Shown piece after piece: positions 59,044 to 64,000 of a stretch of 64,000 bases of DNA. The position numbers were made by a program, and so were the translations under genes. This stretch comes from Nitrospirota bacterium (GTDB lineage: Bacteria > Nitrospirota > UBA9217), in the NCBI GenBank assembly GCA_963845065.1, contig CAWJQQ010000009.1:352001-416000 (forward strand), given 5' to 3'. Under the pieces are notes generated by a model. That model saw only the letters and a list, made by a program, of their open reading frames with translations. It was not told the DNA's origin and did not search any database. Numbering within the stretch: position 1 is the stretch's first letter; each line of letters starts with the position of its first letter.

Positions 59044-59700
59044 ATGATCCATCCAACTCGTACAAACCTGCTTTTGCTCAAAGACAAGTCCCGGTCCGTG
59101 GTAAACAGCATCGCGATCCTGAAGGCCAGAAAACAGGCGCTGATCAAGGAATTTCTTGCCGCGACCCTGCCGTTCCTCCGGTCCCGGGAGGACATCAGAC
59201 AGTCTTACGGTAAAGCGCTGAGAGAACTAGCGATTACGCTCGGTCATGAAGGGAAGGACACAGTCGAATCTATTGTCGTTGCGACGGAACGGGAATTCGG
59301 TATCGATGTTATTCAAAAAAGTATTTGGGGCCTCCGGTACAAGGATATCGTATTTCATGATACTCCGGTCAGGAATCCAGACAAACGCGGTTATGATGAG
59401 CGGGGAACAACGCCGCACCTTGAGGAAGGCACCATTCTGTTCGAAAAACTTTTCGAGTCCATGCTGCATATAGCAGAATATGAGTCTAAGCTCAAAAGAC
59501 TCGGAGATGAGATTCTTCGGACCACGAGGCGAATTAAGGTACTGGAAGAGATGGTGCTCCCCGACCTGAAGATCCAGATCAGGAGCATCGCCCAGTACAT
59601 TAGTGAGCGGGAGCGCGAATCGTTCTATCGGTTGAAGCGTGTCAAGAATATCCTGAACGCAGCTAAAGAAGGGACTCAAGAGGCAGGAAGAAACATATGA
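59044..59700 (+). CDS. ntpD: A/V-type ATP synthase subunit D
   Basis: PTRTNLL.LK, T.RR...LE...LP, L/S.E.ERE.F.RLK. Confidence 0.93.
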   Translation: MIHPTRTNLLLLKDKSRSVVNSIAILKARKQALIKEFLAATLPFLRSREDIRQSYGKALRELAITLGHEGKDTVESIVVATEREFGIDVIQKSIWGLRYKDIVFHDTPVRNPDKRGYDERGTTPHLEEGTILFEKLFESMLHIAEYESKLKRLGDEILRTTRRIKVLEEMVLPDLKIQIRSIAQYISERERESFYRLKRVKNILNAAKEGTQEAGRNI

Positions 59701-60311
59701 TGATTGAATCATAAGTAAGTATTGAATAAAATCTCGATTGTCATATCACCTCAGAAACTGTACGAACATAAGCCTCTAAATAATAGTGATACAACGGAGA
59801 TATATTTTAGAAAAATGTTATCGTTTTTCGTTCCCTTCATGGCACATATAACGAGACAGAGATTTCGAGGCTGTTTTCGAGGGTCGGAGAATCCCGGTGG
59901 CCGGCATGACTTTCATTGCCGACGGCCGTATCCTCACCAGGCCACAGGCGCATTCGTCGAAGCTCGTTGACCAGCTCTGGGACCTTGAGGACAATATCCG
60001 GCTCACAGGAACGTTGGCGGGCATCAAAGTAAAACCGAAAATCGAGGAGAAAAAAAAAGATTCTCTTCCTCGATTACCTTAAAGAGGAATCGGTGGCCAA
60101 GAGATGGAAAGCCGTTGCCAACGGAATCGAGAGAAGCATCGTGACATTACAATATAGCTGATCGTAACCGGTAATTACAGAGTACCGTGTGGAGGGTTTT
60201 GCAAGTCTTTGTAAATACCGTGCATGACAGGATCAAAGACGCGATGTCCCGGCTAGACAGCGGCGAGAAGGAAATGTGGGAGATGATCGACGAGAAAGTA
60301 TAGTTTCTTCC

Positions 60312-60974
60312 TTACCCGTTTATTTTTATAATTCCCTTTTGAATGGCAAATTTGATCAGGCCGGCACGGGAGTGGATGCCGAGTTTTTCGCCGATGTTTG
60401 TTTGGTGGACGATGACGGTTTTGGCGCTGATGCCGAGCATATCGCCCACCTCCTTGTGCGTATATCCCTCCGCAACCAGTTTTAGCACCTGCTTTTCCCG
60501 GTCCGAAAGTTTTTCGTAGAGATCCTCCGTGTCCGCGTCTATGTCTCCGTGGAGATAACGGGCGACAACTTCTGTAGCAATGGAAGAATACAAGTATAAT
60601 TCTCCCTTGCTGATCGTCTTAAGACTCGTGATGAGGTCGCTTCCCACCGCCTTTTTGAGCAGATATCCCGAGACGCCCGCTTTGAGAAAACGGGCTATAT
60701 ACTCTTTATCTTCATACTGCGTCAGTACGAGCACTTTTGTATCGGGCCACATCTTCTTTATTTCGAGTGTTGCTTCGAGCCCACCGAGCTTGGGCATGTT
60801 GATGTCCATGATGACGATATCTGGCCGGTACTTGCCCGTTTTTTCAATAGCCTCCAAGCCATCGGATGCCTCTGCGACAACTTCGAATTCATCGTCGAGC
60901 TTAAGGAATGCCACAATTCCCTCGCGAACGAGAGCATGGTCATCCGCGATCAATACCTTCATTTTATGAAGCAT
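60312..60974 (-). CDS. NarL/LuxR-family response regulator
   Basis: IADDH, MDINMP, LSDREKQVL..VAEGYT...HTH. Confidence 0.93.
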   Translation of the reverse strand: MLHKMKVLIADDHALVREGIVAFLKLDDEFEVVAEASDGLEAIEKTGKYRPDIVIMDINMPKLGGLEATLEIKKMWPDTKVLVLTQYEDKEYIARFLKAGVSGYLLKKAVGSDLITSLKTISKGELYLYSSIATEVVARYLHGDIDADTEDLYEKLSDREKQVLKLVAEGYTHKEVGDMLGISAKTVIVHQTNIGEKLGIHSRAGLIKFAIQKGIIKING

Positions 60975-62817
60975 GTTTAACCTCTACCGGGATTAATGGA
61001 ATCCGTATCCCAATCATCGTGCCGCTGCCTGGCTGCGAATCGATCTTCATTTCCCCTCCGATCAGCAGCGCCCGCTCCTTCATCCCCAGTATGCCAAGGC
61101 CCCGGCGGTCCCTAGCATCGGATGTCTGATGAAATAGCTGACTGAGGTCGAAACCGGCTCCATTGTCATTAATTTCGGTATATATACTAGTTTTATCACA
61201 TTTGAAACGAACGGACACTTTTTCGGCACGGGAATGCCTCGCAATGTTTATGATGGCCTCCTGCACGATTCTGAATAGAACGTTTTCGACCTCCGGACGA
61301 AACCGCATGTTTTTGACTCCCACCGTGTTGATTGAATAGTCTATTCCTTTCTCCCCGAGGTTGGTCTCAAGGAGTGATTTTACCGCAGCAATGAGTCCCA
61401 GATCATCGAGCAGTGATGGCCTCAAGTTCTGCATAATAACGAGCAGCCCGTCATAGGCCTTCATGATGATGCCCCGAATGGCGTTGATCTTTGTCATGGT
61501 CATCTCGTCAGGGTGAAGGCGGCACATATCGATTTTCATAAGCACCGCTGACAGTTCCTGGAGCGTATCATCGTGAAGCTCGCGGGCAATCCGTTTACGT
61601 TCCTCCTCCTGGCTGGAGATGAGCTTTTTTAACAAGCTTTGGGCTCTTTGCTGACTCTCGTTGCAATCCCGTGTACGCTCTTTGACCCTTGTTTCGAGTT
61701 CAAGAGTGTGCCGCTTAACGACATCCATGGATTCGACGAGCTTTCCCCGCATCTCCTCGAAACTTTGACTTAGGACCCCAATCTCGTCGCTCCCTTGCCG
61801 TGCAATCGGTTTTGTCAGATCTCCCCGTGCGATGCGGTCTGCTCCCAGAATAAGGGCCTTCAATGGAGTCACGATGCTTCGGTTAATACCGATGGTCAGG
61901 ATCAACGCAGTACCGATGAATATGAAGCCGAGAATGATGAACTGCTTTTTGAGGTTTTCCGCCGGAGCAAAGACATCTGCTTTTAGCTCTTGTACGGATA
62001 TGCCCCATGGAGCGGTTTCGAGGGGGACGAATGCGACAACCGTTGTGGACTTCTCTTGCCGGTTTCCGGTTTCATGACAGACATGGCAAGTCGCTACCGT
62101 TTCTTTCCGTTCACTGATGATGGTGGTGAAAAAGCTATTGCGGTCACAGCGGGTGAACATCCGGGAGAGATTCGAAGAGGCGATTACCATCCCGTTGGAA
62201 TCTACAATATCGATAAATTCCTTTTTACCGATATCAATTAAACCCAATTTCTGCAAAAAGAGAGGATTGGTGGGGTCGATCTGTCCTCCTGCCACACCCA
62301 CCGTCTTTCCGTTTTTGTCCTTGAGCGGCACGAGTACATACAGGACCTTTTTCTTTGACGGCTCAATGGTATAAATGTTTGAAACCACTGGTTTCCCGAG
62401 GGCGAGCATCCTATTAACCGGCTCGATGTTGAGGATGTTCAGGGATACATCCCGCATCCGTTCGGGATAATTAAAAAGAATGTTTCCGCCGTTGTCCAGG
62501 AGGAATATGCCATCAGTGAAGATTGAATAGCGGTATGCTGCTTTTACAGCTTCCTTCTCAAGTCCGAAATTGCCATTTTCCAGATCAATTACGCCCGAGA
62601 CCGATATATCGTATAGCCGATTAATATTATCTTTTAAGATGTTGTCAACATTATTCCTCGTAAGGCGGGACAGGGCGAGTTTGTTGCTGAGCAGTACATC
62701 AATGTTCTTTTGGATGATAAAGTGGCTTGCTACACCTAAGCTCACCAAGATGATTGATATTCCGATGAGGATAAAGAGGGTTATTCTTTTCTGCAAGCTC
62801 CCCTTGTATTTGCTCAT
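60964..62817 (-). CDS. Sensor histidine kinase (Cache-HAMP-HisKA_3) with an extracytoplasmic CXXCH
   Basis: Two TM segments, CHVCH in the sensor domain, EERKRIARELHD, DNGAGF, GLGILGM.ER. Confidence 0.92.
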   Translation of the reverse strand: MSKYKGSLQKRITLFILIGISIILVSLGVASHFIIQKNIDVLLSNKLALSRLTRNNVDNILKDNINRLYDISVSGVIDLENGNFGLEKEAVKAAYRYSIFTDGIFLLDNGGNILFNYPERMRDVSLNILNIEPVNRMLALGKPVVSNIYTIEPSKKKVLYVLVPLKDKNGKTVGVAGGQIDPTNPLFLQKLGLIDIGKKEFIDIVDSNGMVIASSNLSRMFTRCDRNSFFTTIISERKETVATCHVCHETGNRQEKSTTVVAFVPLETAPWGISVQELKADVFAPAENLKKQFIILGFIFIGTALILTIGINRSIVTPLKALILGADRIARGDLTKPIARQGSDEIGVLSQSFEEMRGKLVESMDVVKRHTLELETRVKERTRDCNESQQRAQSLLKKLISSQEEERKRIARELHDDTLQELSAVLMKIDMCRLHPDEMTMTKINAIRGIIMKAYDGLLVIMQNLRPSLLDDLGLIAAVKSLLETNLGEKGIDYSINTVGVKNMRFRPEVENVLFRIVQEAIINIARHSRAEKVSVRFKCDKTSIYTEINDNGAGFDLSQLFHQTSDARDRRGLGILGMKERALLIGGEMKIDSQPGSGTMIGIRIPLIPVEVKHAS

Positions 62818-63110
62818 AGGGAAGATTATAACTCAAGAGCTCATAAAATGAAAGGAAAACGAACAGAATCTTCTTAGTGTCACGCTACTACTGCGCAAAA
62901 ACAAAACTTACGGAATTGAGCATCTTTCATAGTTCCGTAGATAAACCGTAATAGGCGCAGCGATATGAAGAGTGAGACAATACAAATGATTAATTCGCAG
63001 GTCGCATGCTCAGCTATATTGAATAACTAAGCGACGATGTTTTAACCAGTACATGTTCGTATTTGATAAAGGCTTAGTGTTCCACCCTCAAGATTTTATG
63101 ACTGTTTTTG

Positions 63111-63872
63111 TCACGGCAGGTGTTCCACGGTGCTCTTTCCCTGTGTCCGTAACTCTTCAGGAGGCACTGCGTCGTTCTCCCATGGTGTCTCTTCCATCTC
63201 AGCAAGTTCGTCGGGATGTTCACTAAGCATGCGCGTCTTCGATATGTAGCCAGTAAGCATGCTCGTATCCAAGGGAAAAACTTCCGGGCTGAAGATGGAA
63301 TTATAGATATGCCAGATGGCAATAATGAGGGTGACCACGAAAGCTTCATTCGTATGAAGGACCTTGGCTGCAGGGATGATTTCACCCGGTAGAAACACCG
63401 TGATGACTGCAGGAAACCAGAGGATCATGCCGGAAACCATCATCAAAAGAATGCCGGTGAGAATCCCCCAGTACTCGAACTTCTGTTTGTACGTATATCT
63501 TCCACCACCCGCGGGGGCGTTTTCCAGGCCGAGGTAATACCTGATATTGAACACCACGTCGGAAAAATCTTTTTTCGTGATGAGCATCGAGGGTTGCCAT
63601 CGTAAATAGATTATGCCGATTGCGATAATGGTAAGGTGCGTGATGATTTCCAGTGAGAAGAGTACGCCGGCAATGCGGTGAATGAGCCTGACGTTATCTA
63701 TCCCCCCCAGGTGCAGGATGATCCACTGAGAAACATCGAGTGAATAAAATCTCTGAGAAAACCCGGTGCAGACGAGTACGCTGAAGGTTAGTACGTGCAT
63801 CCAGTGCTCGATAATTCGAGAACGAGAAAATCTCTTAATTCGTTCTTCTTTTTTGGAGGCAGCGGTGTCCAT
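63111..63872 (-). CDS. Di-heme cytochrome b subunit (paralog of 46201-47016)
   Basis: RF....IEHW, IHR, QKFEYWG, LHTNEA, WHIY. Start trimmed. Confidence 0.87.
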   Translation of the reverse strand: MDTAASKKEERIKRFSRSRIIEHWMHVLTFSVLVCTGFSQRFYSLDVSQWIILHLGGIDNVRLIHRIAGVLFSLEIITHLTIIAIGIIYLRWQPSMLITKKDFSDVVFNIRYYLGLENAPAGGGRYTYKQKFEYWGILTGILLMMVSGMILWFPAVITVFLPGEIIPAAKVLHTNEAFVVTLIIAIWHIYNSIFSPEVFPLDTSMLTGYISKTRMLSEHPDELAEMEETPWENDAVPPEELRTQGKSTVEHLP

Positions 63873-63888
63873 TTCCCCCCCCTTCCCG

Positions 63889-63999
63889 TCACCGATCGAC
63901 AACATGGCGCCATATATTCAATAGTATTTGCAGGAGCAGTCCTACAACCAGGAACGGTATACAAATTTTATAAACCCAGTTTATGATAAAGACGAGCGG
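63889..63999 (-). CDS. 3' end of a membrane-anchored protein, probably a multiheme cytochrome c (truncated by the window edge)
   Basis: Reads PLVFIINWVYKICIPFLVVGLLLQILLNIWRHVVDR*; positioned like the C-terminal anchor of 47018-48001 relative to its cytochrome b. Confidence 0.55.
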   Translation of the reverse strand, partial: PLVFIINWVYKICIPFLVVGLLLQILLNIWRHVVDR

Positions 64000-64000
64000 G

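Noticed and set aside
89..63986. Many long antisense or overlapping ORFs in the six-frame track (e.g. 89-1000, 15829-16785, 39468-40418)
   Set aside because: They are shadows of well-supported genes and carry no recognisable motifs.
1..64000. tRNA, rRNA, CRISPR array or prophage
   Set aside because: None recognised on either strand by eye.

Overview
Gene-dense chromosomal window from an anaerobic bacterium; the gene repertoire suggests Nitrospirota or Desulfobacterota, which is an inference. Core content: DAHP synthase, glgC, NfnAB transhydrogenase, a stand-alone Ni,Fe CO dehydrogenase (cooS), a lone type IIA topoisomerase B subunit, a diguanylate cyclase, trpEGDCFBA followed by a Crp-adenylate cyclase-phosphodiesterase trio and accD, DUF362/polyferredoxin, ald, and an NtrY-like kinase. 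It also holds a nonaheme cytochrome c / cytochrome b / UbiE / B12-radical SAM cluster, a complete A/V-type ATPase operon, and a CXXCH-bearing sensor kinase with a NarL-type regulator. Intergenic space is rich in IS200/IS605 derivatives: two near-identical 1664-bp tnpB-only elements (target TTAC, right end TCAG), a 48-bp single-hairpin fusion of their ends, and several relics. The most notable observation is two ~328-bp non-coding TnpB-type MITEs that appear to have inserted antisense exactly into the stop codons of trpA and of the phosphodiesterase gene, rebuilding those stops with their own right ends.
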